NCBI GenBank assembly: GCA_030295235.1
Contig: AP026123.1
Location: 186,001-250,000, forward strand
DNA: 64,000 nucleotides
From: Fistulifera solaris
Taxonomy: Eukaryota
Reading direction: 5' to 3'
Position 1 is the first letter of the stretch. Every line of letters begins with the position of its first letter. Under the pieces are notes generated by a model. The model searched no databases. It saw nothing but the letters and a program-made list of their open reading frames with translations, and was not told the origin of the DNA. Below, piece by piece: positions 1-12,600 of the stretch. A program made the translations under genes and the position numbers.

Positions 1-821
1 CGCGTTGGTTCGATCTGCTGTTGCAGTTTCGCTCTCGGATCGCATTATTCTGCACGATGATTGTCTTTCTTTCCAGTTGGATGACAAAGCTTTGCCAATT
101 GAATGGCTACCTGCGAGTTGCGAGCCTGGCGAGTGGGCAATGCCTGGTTCACACGACGAATGAAACGCTGACATGAATATTGAGTCTCGTCAACAAACGA
201 AGCAATCTGAATTTGCATGAAAGTTCAAAGCGGTGCAGTATGAATCGGCAATGACTTGTATGGAAACGTCGAGGATGACGACGTCTTTTGTACATGTTGC
301 AGATCTAGGTATGTCATTATATATGGTTGAGCCCTTTTTGGACAATGGGCTACTTTCTTTGCTGGTTATCTCGGTTCCTTGAACTCACTACATGAATCAT
401 CAGCTACGGATACATTATAGGCAAAACGGAGGGAGGCTTCAACCTGAGGTGAAACTGTCAGAACTTTTTCTTCAAATGGAGGTATCGCTTCTTTTAGATT
501 CCTCGATACTGTTTCCCAAACAGTTCGACTAAAAAGCCCCGTGGTGTCCGCTTGGTCCAGTTTGTGATATTGACTCTTTCGAGCTCTTATACGGGCCCCT
601 TGTGGCTTTGGGCTTTACGGGATAGGGAATGGTCGATAGTGCTCCTCTGGGAGCTTGACGGAAATTACTCACTCCGAGCGGTTCCGATTATCTACGGTTT
701 CGATGTCGTATCGATTCCTAAATATCTATGAACGAAACTTGGTTTCAACGATAAATATTATCTTAAGCAACCGAAACGGTATGTTCGCTCATAACGCAAA
801 ACAAGTAATGTGTTTTTTGCC

Positions 822-980
822 AGAGAGAAAATTTCTCTCTGAAGTGAGAAAATTTCTCTCTTTAGAGAGAGATTTTCTCTCGATTTCTCTCTTAGAGAGA
901 AATTTTCTCCCTTAAAGAGATATTTCTCCCTATTTCTCTCTTTAGAGAGAAAGTTCTCTCTGTAGAGAGATATTTTTTCT
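822..980. repeat. Palindromic minisatellite block A, unit ~GAGAGAAAATTTCTCTCT(TA)
   Basis: About 7 tandem self-complementary units; near-copy of the block at 1655-1812. Confidence 0.9.
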
Positions 981-1654
981 ATGCTTTCGTTCACTTCTTT
1001 GTGTAATTACCAGGTAAGGTTAAAAATCGACGATGAAGAGACCTCAACACACAACGAACAACCGTTATCGCACAAAACAACCAACGCCAAAAACAAAAAG
1101 ACGGTGCAGCGAGACAAGCATTTCTAATTACTAAAATGTAATTTGTCCCCGATAGCTAGTCATCAATTGACCTCGTCAACAGGAACAATGGGGCTTAGCT
1201 TTGGAAAGACGAATGGCGTGTGCAGGCCGAGTGCCATTTTTGGCTCGGCGTCGTGCTGTTTGGTGCGTTCCATTTTCAATTTCCCTTTTGTTTTTACTGT
1301 GAAAACATATTTGATCCGCGGCTCATTGGACATAGTTTGTCTTTTCCATGCTGACTGAAGAGTCTGGCAAATTTCAGCGGTCTGGGGCTGCTTCGTTTTC
1401 CCGGGCTTGTTGAGTTTCCAGCACGCCACGGCCGCATCTCAGTTCGTCTCTCATTCTTGCCATTAATCAAAAGCGTTAGATAATAGGTTTTGAGTTGATA
1501 TGAATTACTCTTTTGCAAAATAAACCTCTTTCGATACTTGCCAAGCAGAAAAGTAATGCACCGACGCCAACGACGCCCGACGCCCACATTGTACAGTACA
1601 TAAAATTCGTTCAACAGAGGAAAACTCTAAACAGAAATCGTCTTACTCCATAAT

Positions 1655-1812
1655 GAAAATTTCTCTCTGAAGTGAGAAAATTTCTCTCTTAGAGAGAGAT
1701 TTTCTCTCGATTTCTCCCTTAAGAGAGAAATTTTCTCCCTTAAAGAGAAATTTTCTCCCTATTTCTCTCTACAGAGAGAATTTCTCTCTATAGAGAGAAA
1801 ATTTCTCTCTAT
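1655..1812. repeat. Palindromic minisatellite block B, direct copy of block A
   Basis: Starts GAAAATTTCTCTCTGAAGTGAGAAAATTTCTCTC as block A does, with the same order of unit variants. Confidence 0.9.
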
Positions 1813-2054
1813 AATGACAAAAAATTGCTTAGAGACAAACGGCATTTAAGCTTATAGCATAAAACGTGTATCGGAATTTATCGCGAAATGTTGTACAATT
1901 GAGTAGAGTACAAATGTTTCCGTTGAAATAATTACTATATAAGCGTAAACTGTATAGTATGTTACGGAGAGACTTCCGACAAGCACCCTGCGCGAAGCTT
2001 CGCTTGTTTCTGTTTTCGAATATTCACGACTGAGCTTTAGGTGCAGGGACTGGT

Positions 2055-2522
2055 CTATCCGTAGTAGAACTTACCAGCATGTGCATTTGGAATGATAGGT
2101 ACAAATTTTCGGCTTTGTAAACCTTTTTGGAGCAAGTTGCGAAGCTCATCGACGCCCATTTCTCGGTACATTTGAGGAACCTTTTCGGAGAACTTAATCA
2201 TTGTGATGAATCTTTCTAAACTCGAGCTTTCGCTGCTATCGACTGCTTCGTCATAGTTATTGAAATCGAAGTCTGTTAGCGCATTTCCAGGGTCTCTCTT
2301 GAATTCTTCGAACAGATCTAAAACGAAGAGGTTCATTTCCTCCATGTCAAGGATACTATTTGACCAGTTGTCGGGTTCCTGATCGTTCTCAGTGGAAGGG
2401 CGCACCTCCGCATCGTCTATTACTTCGTCTTCCATCTCATTGATTAAGTGTGTGGTGAATTGCAACCGTATCCTTGCGGCTGAGAGAACGTTGTACCACG
2501 CTCTCGTCTTTGAATGGTGCAT
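2055..2522 (-). CDS. Hypothetical acidic protein; true start may be the internal MEDEVIDD
   Basis: 155-aa ORF with protein-like composition; no recognised motif. Confidence 0.45.
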   Translation of the reverse strand: MHHSKTRAWYNVLSAARIRLQFTTHLINEMEDEVIDDAEVRPSTENDQEPDNWSNSILDMEEMNLFVLDLFEEFKRDPGNALTDFDFNNYDEAVDSSESSSLERFITMIKFSEKVPQMYREMGVDELRNLLQKGLQSRKFVPIIPNAHAGKFYYG

Positions 2523-2937
2523 TGTGTCCGTTATATTTTGGATCTGGTCTTAATATCGGAGGTGATGGGTTGTTCTCTCTCACATTTTCGTTAGCCAATT
2601 AAAACAAGCTTGTTTCTACAGCCCTGCTATCGTTGTCCAAAGCGTTCTAAATTCGATACGACAACACAAAGAATTTCAAACTATAGCTGTTCTCATCGGA
2701 TTTCATTGGCCAATGAAAGATTTTGTGATTTCGATGATTCTGCTTTCAACGCTTGCTAACGGAGGCATAAGATTATTCGTCCTCACCGTCGTCGAACCTT
2801 CCGGTCACGTCTTGATACAAACAACCATTCAGGACGGATGCCGAAACTAAAGCACCAGTAATCTAGTTATATATAAGTATAATTTAGACAGTTATGTTGT
2901 CACGGCAAAATACCAAAAGCTCGCTGCATCCGTCTTT

Positions 2938-5113
2938 CTATGCAACTTTCTCCTCAACTTCCACTTCGGCCGGCTTATCGCCGTACAATCGACCGACAAT
3001 GTCGGCATAGGTCGTGATCACCTTGTGACGGCGGATACTCATCTTGGGTGTCAACATACCGTTCGCGGCGGTAAAAGGCGCTACAAATGCCCACTTCTGC
3101 GGAACTTCAAACTTCTTCATGCGACTGCAGTTGCTCTCGATAGCGTGGTCAATCAAATCTTTAACACGAGGATCATTGGCCAGTTCTTCCTCCGAGACGC
3201 TATCATCAACACCAACAGCAGTTCGGATTGCCGTCCACTCCGGGACCAAGAGTGCCACGTTGTACGGACGATTTGCACCTGTCAACACGACTTGGCTGAT
3301 AAAACGGCTCAAGCCAATGGCTTCTTCAATAGGCGTCGGTACAACGTATTTTCCGTTTTCTAGCTTGTACTGTTCCTTTACACGCCCAGTTACTCTGATA
3401 TAACCGTTGGCGTCTTTTTGTCCAAGATCTCCTGTATGGAACATACGTGCTGTACCATCCGGCGAGGACGTAATAACTTCGGCCGTTGCCTCCGGATTCT
3501 TGTAATAACCTTGCATCACATTGGAACCGGTGCAACAAATTTCGCCATCCTGTCCGTCGGCAACCTCGTTACCGTTTTCGTCTACAATATATACTTTTGT
3601 GTCTCCAACGGGCAAACCAACAGTACCAACCGCACGTTTGTAAGGAGTGTTTCGGGCAATGATAGGACTGCGGGAATCAGCGAGGTGAGAAAAATGGATG
3701 GACGATCAATTCCCAATGCTGCTCGACTTACCTTGTTTCAGTAAGGCCGTAACCTTCGCAAACGGGAATGCCAATATTGTCCATAAAATCGATGACTTCC
3801 GTAGGACACGCTGCACCTGCTACGTAGCCGTGTCTCATGTTTCCACCAAATCTATCACGAATCTTGCTAAGCACCAACGAATCGAGCGCCTTGTATCTGA
3901 GCTTTTCGAATGGTCCCAAAGGAGGTTCGACACCTAACTTGGCATTGACGTTGCGCCGACCCATGGCCAAAGCGGATTTCATGAGATTTTTGCGCAGCGG
4001 GCTGGCCGTTTCCATCGTGTTGTTGACGCCGTCGTAAATCCTCTTGTAAAGAGTGGGTACAGCAAACAATGTCGTCGGCTTGACCATTTGCAAATCTTCC
4101 AAAATTTTTGGGATTCCTCGCGCGATTCCGAGTGCCGCACCGTGCGATACGGCTGCCCACAGTTCACAGGTCTGTCCGTACGAATGTGCCCAGGGCAAAA
4201 AAAGCGAGGCTGATATCATTCTCACGAATTAGATCATGTGGATCATCAACACCCGAGCGTGCTCCTGCTTTTACGTTGGTAGCAAAGTTGTGATGCGACA
4301 ATTCAACACCTTTTGGCTTTCCGGTGGTTCCGCTGGTGTAAATAAGACCCGCCAAGTCATCCGGTGTGGGAGCGTTAATGAAGAGACCTTCCGAATCCGG
4401 CGCCACGAGAGAAAGAGCGGTCGAAAAGGCTTGCTGTTCACCCATTTCGGAGTTGAAACAAAAGCTCTCGCGGACCAAAGGGGTATTACGAAGAACTTGT
4501 GTTCGAACTTGAAGGTAAATGTCTTCGGTAGCACAAAAGACAACTTTCGCACCCGAATCATTGAGGATATAGGTCCAATCGGATGCCAACTGTGCTTCGT
4601 ACATAGGCACCATATTTGCGTTCAAACTGAAGCAAGCAGCGGCAACAGCAGCCCATTCCCAGCGGTTGTTAGAAATGACACCGACCTTGTCATGCTCGCC
4701 GATGCCTGACAAGAAAATGCGACGCATAGAAAATCAGTTATCGTGACGAAATAACGAGCGACTCGTGTTCATTCTTGAGCTTTGCACTTACCGAGATCTT
4801 TCAAAAGAGCACGCACATGGTCGACTTGCTGACCAAACTCCCCAAAGGACATGAACTCAAACTGATTGGATGCTTCCGAGTACGTTCCGAAAAGCCTCTT
4901 GGGCGCAAATACCTGACAAGCTCTCACTTGCATTTCATGAAGAGTATCAAAGTTGAGCAAACGATTTTCGTCAAGAATTCCCGCTGCCTGAAACTCCTTT
5001 TCACGGTCCGTAGCCAACGAACGCGTCGTCGTAACTGACAAGGGAGCCGTCTTACGAAACTCCCTCGAGAAACGGCGACTGGCGCCTCGAAGCAAAGCAA
5101 CGGAACTCGACAT
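2938..5113 (-). CDS. LACS: Long-chain acyl-CoA synthetase (AMP-binding), probable mitochondrial leader; introns ~4706-4791 and ~3668-3731; apparent extra base in A7 at 4197-4203
   Basis: AMP-binding motif IYTSGTTGKPKG, EGYGLTETSP across the splice, FHTGDLG, RVKEQYKLENGKYV, LTPKMSIRR; GT-AG splice sites restore the frame. Confidence 0.93.
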
Positions 5114-5878
5114 GGTTAATGCGACTGGTAACTTTGAGTGATAGTTGACTATGACTTGATGAAACGAAGGTATCCTTTCAATATGATTCTTCGCTTGATT
5201 GATGTTTCGATGGCTGCAATCTGCAAAATCCATCTTCGGGAGGAAAAAAGAGAAAAAGAGTTGTCAAGGATTTCGTGCTGTTCTGAATCGCGCTTGAGAT
5301 CAATCCTGAATGGAAGACGCGGCTTTGACACTTTACACAATGATATAAATTGTACAGTCCGACATCTGCCGAACACTGAAACGTCTGTTCTCCGGTGTTG
5401 AACGAATAGGACCGTGACACCATCGGTCGGAAAGACATCGAGTGTATGAGCCAGTGTGTAGGACAGTCGTGCAGAAAGAACGTGACGCTTCGTTCTTCCT
5501 CCTTGTAACAAGACTCGTTTCATTCATGAACCAAATCAAGCTGAGCATTATAGTGCTGCAACCTACAAACGTATTGCCATTCTATCTAGTATAATGCAGC
5601 TATGCAACTCATTATAACTAGTTCGTATTGATGTTGTTGATTTTGTTGGATTGATTTACGTTAACAGCGCGTCAAAATTTATAGTTGCTGTTTACTATCC
5701 CTTCTAAGAGTGTATGCGACTTTTTGCCGACTGACTCAACTAAAAGCCAGTCACGCATGACGCGTCACGGGTCACGTCCATATTCTTCGCTCGTCCTGTC
5801 GGACAGACGCTCACTTCTTTGCCATCCGATTGTTTTCTCACATTATTTTTATTCTTCCTCTGTTTCGTCAATATAACC

Positions 5879-8176
5879 ATGGCGAAAAAGGCAAATCAAA
5901 AGAAGAAAGGCCCAAAAGGCAAGAAGGCTCGAGCAAAGGCTAAGCTTGAGCGGCAATGGGGAGAGCAGCCCTCGCAAGAGGTCGAATTGCGGAAGGGAAA
6001 GAGTCGGTTGTTGAAAGAGACGACGAAACAACCAACGACAAAACAACCAGAACGGACGGTTTCTCCACCACCCCAGGAAGAACAGCCGACACGAGTTCAC
6101 GATTTCTCTGCCGTAGAGGCAGAAAGTGATGATGACGGACGGAAGGCTTTTTCTTCTTTGCTCGATAATATTCAACGGAAGACTGGCGTGGTCGACCACG
6201 ACAGTGATGATTCCGAGAATGACGAAAACGACAGCATTCAAAGAGACGCTATCATGAAAGACAAGCCGGATTCCGACAGCGACGAAGAAGATGTAGATGA
6301 TCTCACGCTTTCATATGACCCATATACGGAACGTTTTGGGCGGGCTGATTTGCCAGAGGTTAGCCACGAAAAGGTCAAATTCGACATGACCCGCTATAGT
6401 CTACCGGTAGACCCCAATTTAGAAGTACAGCATACCGACAAACTTGCTGATGATCTCATTGCAAGAACAATTCATTCGTCAATCGATGATTCAGCATCGG
6501 GCTTTGTTCATTGGAAGTCGCTCGCATTGGCCTTTCAAAAGACGGTCAGAGACTCACTGCGAAAGCGCTGGGAGAAATTACATTCGCGTCGCATTCCCTT
6601 GGATCAACACCAGACGTTGCTTACTCCGTTCATGTTTTCCTATTCCGATGTTTCATGGATGACAGCAGATGCAAAGGAAGAACGAGATTCTACGGAGGCA
6701 TTGGCGGCATTACATGTTATGAACCATGTCATGACAAGTCGAGTTCGGATATTGCGTCACAATAAACAAATCAAAGAGCTTGAAGAAGACGGGAGAGCCA
6801 CTGCTGATGAGAAAGAAGATCTTTTTCGGGATCAAGGCTTTGCTCGTCCTACTGTTCTCATTCTTTTGCCCACCCGTGGTTGTTGCTATTCCTTCTTAAA
6901 GAACCACTTGCTTCCGTTGTTAGGTGATAGTCCGTCTGTAGAGAAAATGGATCGTTTTGAAGCAGAATACGGAAAACCTGAGTTAGAAGAAGATGAAGTA
7001 GAGGATCTTGCTTCCAAGCGTCGTCGGCAAAAGATTCTGGCCGAGAAAGGATCCGATTGGCGAGAATTATTTGATGATGAAGTCAATACAGACGACGATT
7101 TTCGATTGGCGTTGTCAATTAACCCGAAAGGTGGCAAACGCGGCGACTCGATATCGGACAGTAGTACCACTGTCAAGCTGTTCACTGACTTTTTCCGAAG
7201 CGATATCATTATTGCTTCGCCACTCGGATTGAAGATGACGGCGACTTCCGAATCTGGTGATTTCCAGGCGGACTACTTGTCGAGCATCGAAATTTGTCTG
7301 GTTTCCAGAGCTGATGTTTTGATGATGCAGAACTGGGATCATGTAAACGATGTGCTTTCTCTTCTGAATGACCAGCCAAACGAAACAAACGAGACCGATT
7401 TTTCTCGCGTGCGACCATACTTTTTAGACGGCCATTCGGCTAAATACCGCCAATTGATTATGTTGGCTCCGTTCATGGATCCTTTCTTTGCTTCTTCCTT
7501 CAAAAGGTACGCCACTAGTTGGAAGGGTCAAGTTAGATTCCGTCGACGAGTGGCAGCCGACGCGGCTAGTATCTCGAACGTACTATTGCCAACGCAACAG
7601 ATATTTCAAAGGGTTTCCTGCTCATCGGCGGCAAATCAAACGGAAGATCGTCTCAAGTATTTTGTGAACGTCGTATTACCTCAAATCAACAAGCCCAGCA
7701 ACAAGCAGAAACACACTTTGATTTATGTGCCTTCCTATTTCGACTACATTGCACTTCGAAATGCCCTACTGAAACGGGAATTAGAGCCCTATTTTGTGAG
7801 TGTAACTGAGTATTCTCGAGCCAGTGAAATAACACGAGGTCGTGCTCGTTTTCTCCAAGGACGTAAGCCGTGGATGCTGTATACCGGTCGTGCAAACTTC
7901 TTTCTTCGTCACAAGATCAAAGGTGCCCGACACATTATTTTCTATGGCATTCCGGAGCATCCTGAGTTTTATCCGGAACACGTCAATTTACTTAACGAGG
8001 GTTTAGAAACGTCAAAGATGTCGGAGGAGGATGCAAGCATGGTTCAAAGCGTATCAGCGAGCTGCCTTGTGCTTTTCACTAAGTTTGAAGCTCATGCTTT
8101 GGAACGTGTAGTGGGGAGTGCCAATTGCAGCAAAATGGTCAAGGGAGAAAAGGCCACTTTTCTCTTTTCGACGTGA
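5879..8176 (+). CDS. UTP25: U3 snoRNA-associated protein 25 (DEF/UTP25)
   Basis: RDQGFARPTVLILLP, DFFRSDIIIASPLGL, DYLSSIE, MQNWDHV, DFSRVR, LYTGR..F motifs. Confidence 0.93.
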   Translation: MAKKANQKKKGPKGKKARAKAKLERQWGEQPSQEVELRKGKSRLLKETTKQPTTKQPERTVSPPPQEEQPTRVHDFSAVEAESDDDGRKAFSSLLDNIQRKTGVVDHDSDDSENDENDSIQRDAIMKDKPDSDSDEEDVDDLTLSYDPYTERFGRADLPEVSHEKVKFDMTRYSLPVDPNLEVQHTDKLADDLIARTIHSSIDDSASGFVHWKSLALAFQKTVRDSLRKRWEKLHSRRIPLDQHQTLLTPFMFSYSDVSWMTADAKEERDSTEALAALHVMNHVMTSRVRILRHNKQIKELEEDGRATADEKEDLFRDQGFARPTVLILLPTRGCCYSFLKNHLLPLLGDSPSVEKMDRFEAEYGKPELEEDEVEDLASKRRRQKILAEKGSDWRELFDDEVNTDDDFRLALSINPKGGKRGDSISDSSTTVKLFTDFFRSDIIIASPLGLKMTATSESGDFQADYLSSIEICLVSRADVLMMQNWDHVNDVLSLLNDQPNETNETDFSRVRPYFLDGHSAKYRQLIMLAPFMDPFFASSFKRYATSWKGQVRFRRRVAADAASISNVLLPTQQIFQRVSCSSAANQTEDRLKYFVNVVLPQINKPSNKQKHTLIYVPSYFDYIALRNALLKRELEPYFVSVTEYSRASEITRGRARFLQGRKPWMLYTGRANFFLRHKIKGARHIIFYGIPEHPEFYPEHVNLLNEGLETSKMSEEDASMVQSVSASCLVLFTKFEAHALERVVGSANCSKMVKGEKATFLFST

Positions 8177-8884
8177 TATGCTGATCATTTTCTTAGTTTA
8201 CTTCAATAGCTAAATGATTTAGGACTGCTAAGTCGCTCCAACGCTATCGACACTCGCATGTCTACTCCTGCTTGATTACAGAGGACTTGCTTTTGAACTA
8301 AAAGTACTTAGACAAAAGGTAATTCAGTGGTTCAGTTCAAGAACTTCTGAAGAGTGATGCCTGTTGAAGACAAAATGAGTCCTCTAGTTCTTGCTCATCA
8401 GCTCTTTCTAGAAGTAGAGACTCTGTCTCCGTATGGTAAATTATTTTAGTTTTAGTTGACACTCGTGACTGACTCTCAATAGACGCGACGAATGACGGTG
8501 TAAACCTTTACTACCCACTCCGGGTAAGGTTACTGGGTAAGGTTACTACGTACTCCGTAAGTTACTTGTAGCCCGATTCAAAATTCCTTCTGTTTCTGTA
8601 TGTGATTCGCATTGCGGTACTCAAGACATTTTAATGTTAGCGAAAAATTGAATGACCGTTTTGTTTCTTTAGGGCATGTGCGCGATCTTCTGTCGTACCG
8701 TTATTTTCTGGTCCTACGTAATGCCTCGTCCAGTTTCGTGAAAAAAGCATCTGGTGGTTTTCGCGTTATCATAACCAGCATGCATGACGCTCGAGATAAT
8801 CTTTTATCTTCGTTCATGTGCTCTTTGTCATTATTTGATCCTTTCGTGCACTGACAATAATCGTAAAGCTTTTCGTTTTCTAAA

Positions 8885-10096
8885 ATGGCAGCAAACAACG
8901 CAGCAGGAGCCGGAGCTCGCCAAGCTGGCAACAACAACATGAATGAACATGTTGAATTCTCTGTAAGTATCGCAGATCGCTGCATTGCCGGCTGGACTTA
9001 AAGTCGCTGTGATTCCCAAAACTTATACATCTGTTTTCGTTTCAAGGTCAAAGCAGAGGAAGATTTGTACCTTTCGGGCACAGAAAATACGCTACGTCGT
9101 GTAACAGCGGAAACGAACTATTCATGTTTGATGTTAAAGACACAGCGCTTCTCTTCTCTCTTCCGTCACTACGCGAAATACCACGGTTTGCGTAAAGATG
9201 ACCTGGAATATTATTTCTGCAATATACTTGAGAATGAAGATACTCCAGAGTCGGTGCAATTGCAGCGAGGAGACACGATCATGGTACGAAAACGTCGACC
9301 TCCACCCATTCCTGAGGCTGCTGCGGATGACGAGGAGTTCTTTAAGGATATGAAAGAGTTGCTCGAGGATGAGGAGCACATGGACGTGTCATTTATTGTC
9401 GGTTCCTCGAGCAAGCCTTACAAATCAATTAAGAACGAGGATGCTGATGCTGTCATGGAGAATACGGAAGAGAACGTGGCGACCGAAGTCCGGGCTCACA
9501 AATGTATTCTTACCGCACGTGGAGAGTACTTCAAAGCTCTTTTTCGGACAAGACAAAAATCCGAAGGCGGTGCTTTTCGAGAGTCAGAATCATCTATTGT
9601 GCACGTAGAATCTATATTCACGGAGAATCACATTCGACACGTGCTTGAATTTGTCTACACCAATCGAATTAAGAACATTCAGAAGGTTTCGACGGATGAC
9701 ATGCTTTCTATGCTACACTTGGCTGACAAGTGGCTGCTTCGGGATTTGAAACGTCTCATCGAACATGAGCTCATCAACTCGCACATGACGGTGGATACGG
9801 TTGCTCGCTTGTACGGTGCTACAGAAGACTTCAATGCCAAACGTCTCAGCAGGGCGTGTATTGAATTTATCATGACAAACTTGCGTCAATTGGCTGGAAA
9901 CCCTACGTTTGAAGAAGAAATGAAACATTATCCTCACTTGTGTATTCCGGTCCTCAAAGCTGCCGCTGAAATGATTCCCGATGGTCCTCTTCACAAGAAG
10001 CAGCGAACGTCCGACCATCTTCACCACGGGCATGGAACCCCGAATGGTAGCAGCGACCCGGCGGGTTCCTCACCGGTTCCTGATTCTGATACTTGA
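8885..10096 (+). CDS. SUMO-like (Rad60-SLD type) domain + BTB/POZ(-BACK) protein; intron 8963-9046
   Basis: ATG 8885, GTAAGT donor and AAG acceptor keep the frame; FSSLFRHYAKYHGL..EDTPESVQLQRGDTIMV is SUMO-like; DVSFIVG..VRAHKCILTARGEYFKALF..LEFVYT..LADKWLL is BTB. Confidence 0.88.
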
Positions 10097-10204
10097 TAGC
10101 TTTCATAAGATAATGATTACTAATCCATTGTTTTAGCGTTTATGAAGTGGCGTTTGACCATCTTCTATAACATGAAGCAATCCAGTTAAAACGGGGTTAA
10201 ACTA

Positions 10205-11281
10205 CTACCTACTCGTCTCGGGAAACACCCATTCCACCGGAAACACATCGCTCGGGGGAGGCGCTGCAGTCTTCTTTCGCACCACGAGAGAGCCTTGTCG
10301 CTTTTGTTGCTCGACTGGTTTCATGGGTACTTCTAATGTGCTCCCGGCTGGGATATTGTGCAGGTGAAAGTCACCAAACCCCACTCGTATTAGCCGTGTG
10401 ACGGTCACTGTTTACAAAAGGAAAAGAGTGAAGCGAATGGAAACGGATGAGACAAATGTTGAAAAAACACAAACATCGAAATTCACTCCCAACGTACATC
10501 CAAATTGTTCCAAAACCTTACGCACTTGACGATTCTTTCCTTCCGAACAAGTAATCTCTAACCACGTATTCGCACTTTTCTCGCTGCGTTTTCTTCCACG
10601 AAGAGGTTCCGACGCCAGCGCGACTTTCATGGGTCGATACAAGCTATGATATTGGAGTTGTCGTTGCAAATACGGTATTGACACTCGTCCATGAACTCGT
10701 ACACGATACGTTCGGTGCAAATTGGACATTTCCATTTCTCTTGCGTACATTCCATCGTTTGTGAGTATGAGTAACCCTTCCGTCATCATATCCAATCGTC
10801 CGACGGCCTTGAAATGTTGTTTCGAACCCAACAATCGCTTCAATCGATGCATGACACAAGGACGACCCTGTGGATCCGAGTCGGCCACGAGTTCTCCAGC
10901 CATTTTGTGAACCAGTATCACGCGCGTGTTGTTGTTGTTAATGTTTTTAGTGCTATTGATGTGTTTCTCTCGCAGCAGCACAGGTTTTCCGTGTGCTTGT
11001 AATTGGCCCGGGGCAATATCTTCGGTGATCAGCTGTTGCGGCAAACGCACGATTTGTCCGTATAATGTCACGTCGCCTTGTACGATCCATCTTTCAGCTT
11101 CACGGCGACTAACACCGGCTGCTTGTGACAACAATTTGGATAAACGGATGGATTCCGTTCGTTCGCTCGAAGCACAGCGTATGATGGAAGGGCATCGTGT
11201 GAGAGGAGAAGAGATGATTCGATTATTTGATTTCTTCGGACCAGAAACGGCATTCCGCGTCAATTGAAACAACCACTTCAT
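10205..11281 (-). CDS. S4-domain rRNA pseudouridine synthase (RsuA/RluB family), probably organellar; intron 10408-10497
   Basis: RLSKLLSQAAGVSRREAE (S4), catalytic GRLDMMTEGLLILTNDG, EGKNRQVRK, spliced LTVTRLIRVGFG. Confidence 0.9.
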
Positions 11282-11524
11282 CTTCTTTCACAATAGATGG
11301 ATTGTAACAAAAACAAAGTATAGTATACATTAAGGCGAATGACCTTTGCATTACCAGGTACCAGGTACTCCGGGAGTGTTGTCGATCGACCCAACGATCA
11401 ACACAAAAAATCTCCTTGCTCCTTGTCCTTGGTCATGAGTCGTCATGAGTCAGTCATGACGGAAAATTGAATCGTGACTAGAATGCAGTCGTCGTTATGC
11501 GCAATTAAGACAAACTCGGAACAA

Positions 11525-11615
11525 TCGTGGCTCGTGGCTAGCACGAGCACGTGCTTCGTGCCTCGTGCTCGTGCTTCGTGCTTCGTGCTCATCGCTCATC
11601 GATCATCGATCATCG
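11525..11615. repeat. Heptamer microsatellite tract (CGTGCTT)n/(CATCGAT)n
   Basis: Directly visible imperfect 7-bp tandem units. Confidence 0.8.
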
Positions 11616-11764
11616 CTAAGCTCAATGTGTCAATGTGTAATCTACAGATATTACGTACACGTACTACGTAGTCACATGTCACATAAGACAAAGATTTTGA
11701 CAAGTCAAAAATATTATTAACCGTAAATAACAATACTCCGTAGTAGTAAATATCCCTACTACTC

Positions 11765-12172
11765 CTTATGGAAGAATCCCCTACCACATGGATCCACTAA
11801 AATCGCGAAAACCCTTATGGTAGAATAATTCTACCACAAGGAATTTTTTCGCACCTGTAATTTGTACGACAAACCCCGCCGGGCCCGACTTGGCGATCTG
11901 AAATTTTCTGAAAAATTTATTTTTCTCCAACAATATAAATAATAGATACTTTATCATCAGTTGTTCATGATAATAATGATGAAAGTCTTGAAAACATTAA
12001 TTTTTTCAACAAAATATGTGTTTCAAATATGATATATTAGGGGTAAGGATATTATCTGGTACTGAATCTACACAAAATTTACGTAGGAGCCATGTGGTAG
12101 AATTCTACCACAAGAGGTTTTGTACCAGAGACGTAGGTTTCTACGCTTAAGGTAGAATAATTCTACCACAAG
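11765..12172. repeat. AT-rich segment with repeated palindrome TGGTAGAA(TAA)TTCTACCACAAG
   Basis: Copies at 11818-11840, 12093-12114 (containing the perfect 20-bp palindrome TGTGGTAGAATTCTACCACA) and 12151-12172; degenerate copy at 11765-11790. Confidence 0.85.
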
Positions 12173-12600
12173 AAAATAGTTGGGATATTAGGTATCGAAC
12201 ATCGAACATAGTATTTGGATTTTGGATGGTATTAGGACTTAGGACTATTTTGTTCTTGTTTCTTGTTCTTCGTTTTGTGTTTAATAATTCTGTTTCCTGC
12301 CTAATTTATTAGCCATAGGGGAGTTTTCCTATTCACGGTGATTGACAAACCACGAACCACGAACAACATTCTGTACTTTCCAACTTCCGAATACTAACTT
12401 GACAACATGACGCCTAACTACTTTTAGTTGTACAGTAGTCTACATGGAGAATGGAGAATCATCATCTACCATCTACATTCCGTAACAAAAAACTGGCGCA
12501 TTCGCAGTTTGTATGACCTTTTCAATCCTCTCACAATTTTAAGATTCGTGAACATATCTATCTTCAAACGTTTCTATTTCTGCCAACAGTCAGTATTAAC

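Noticed and set aside
1..650. Possible gene end or transposon fragment at the window edge
   Set aside because: Only short open frames with no recognisable motif; cannot be supported
655..994. ORFs 655-915 and 758-994
   Set aside because: They translate the palindromic minisatellite; not credible proteins
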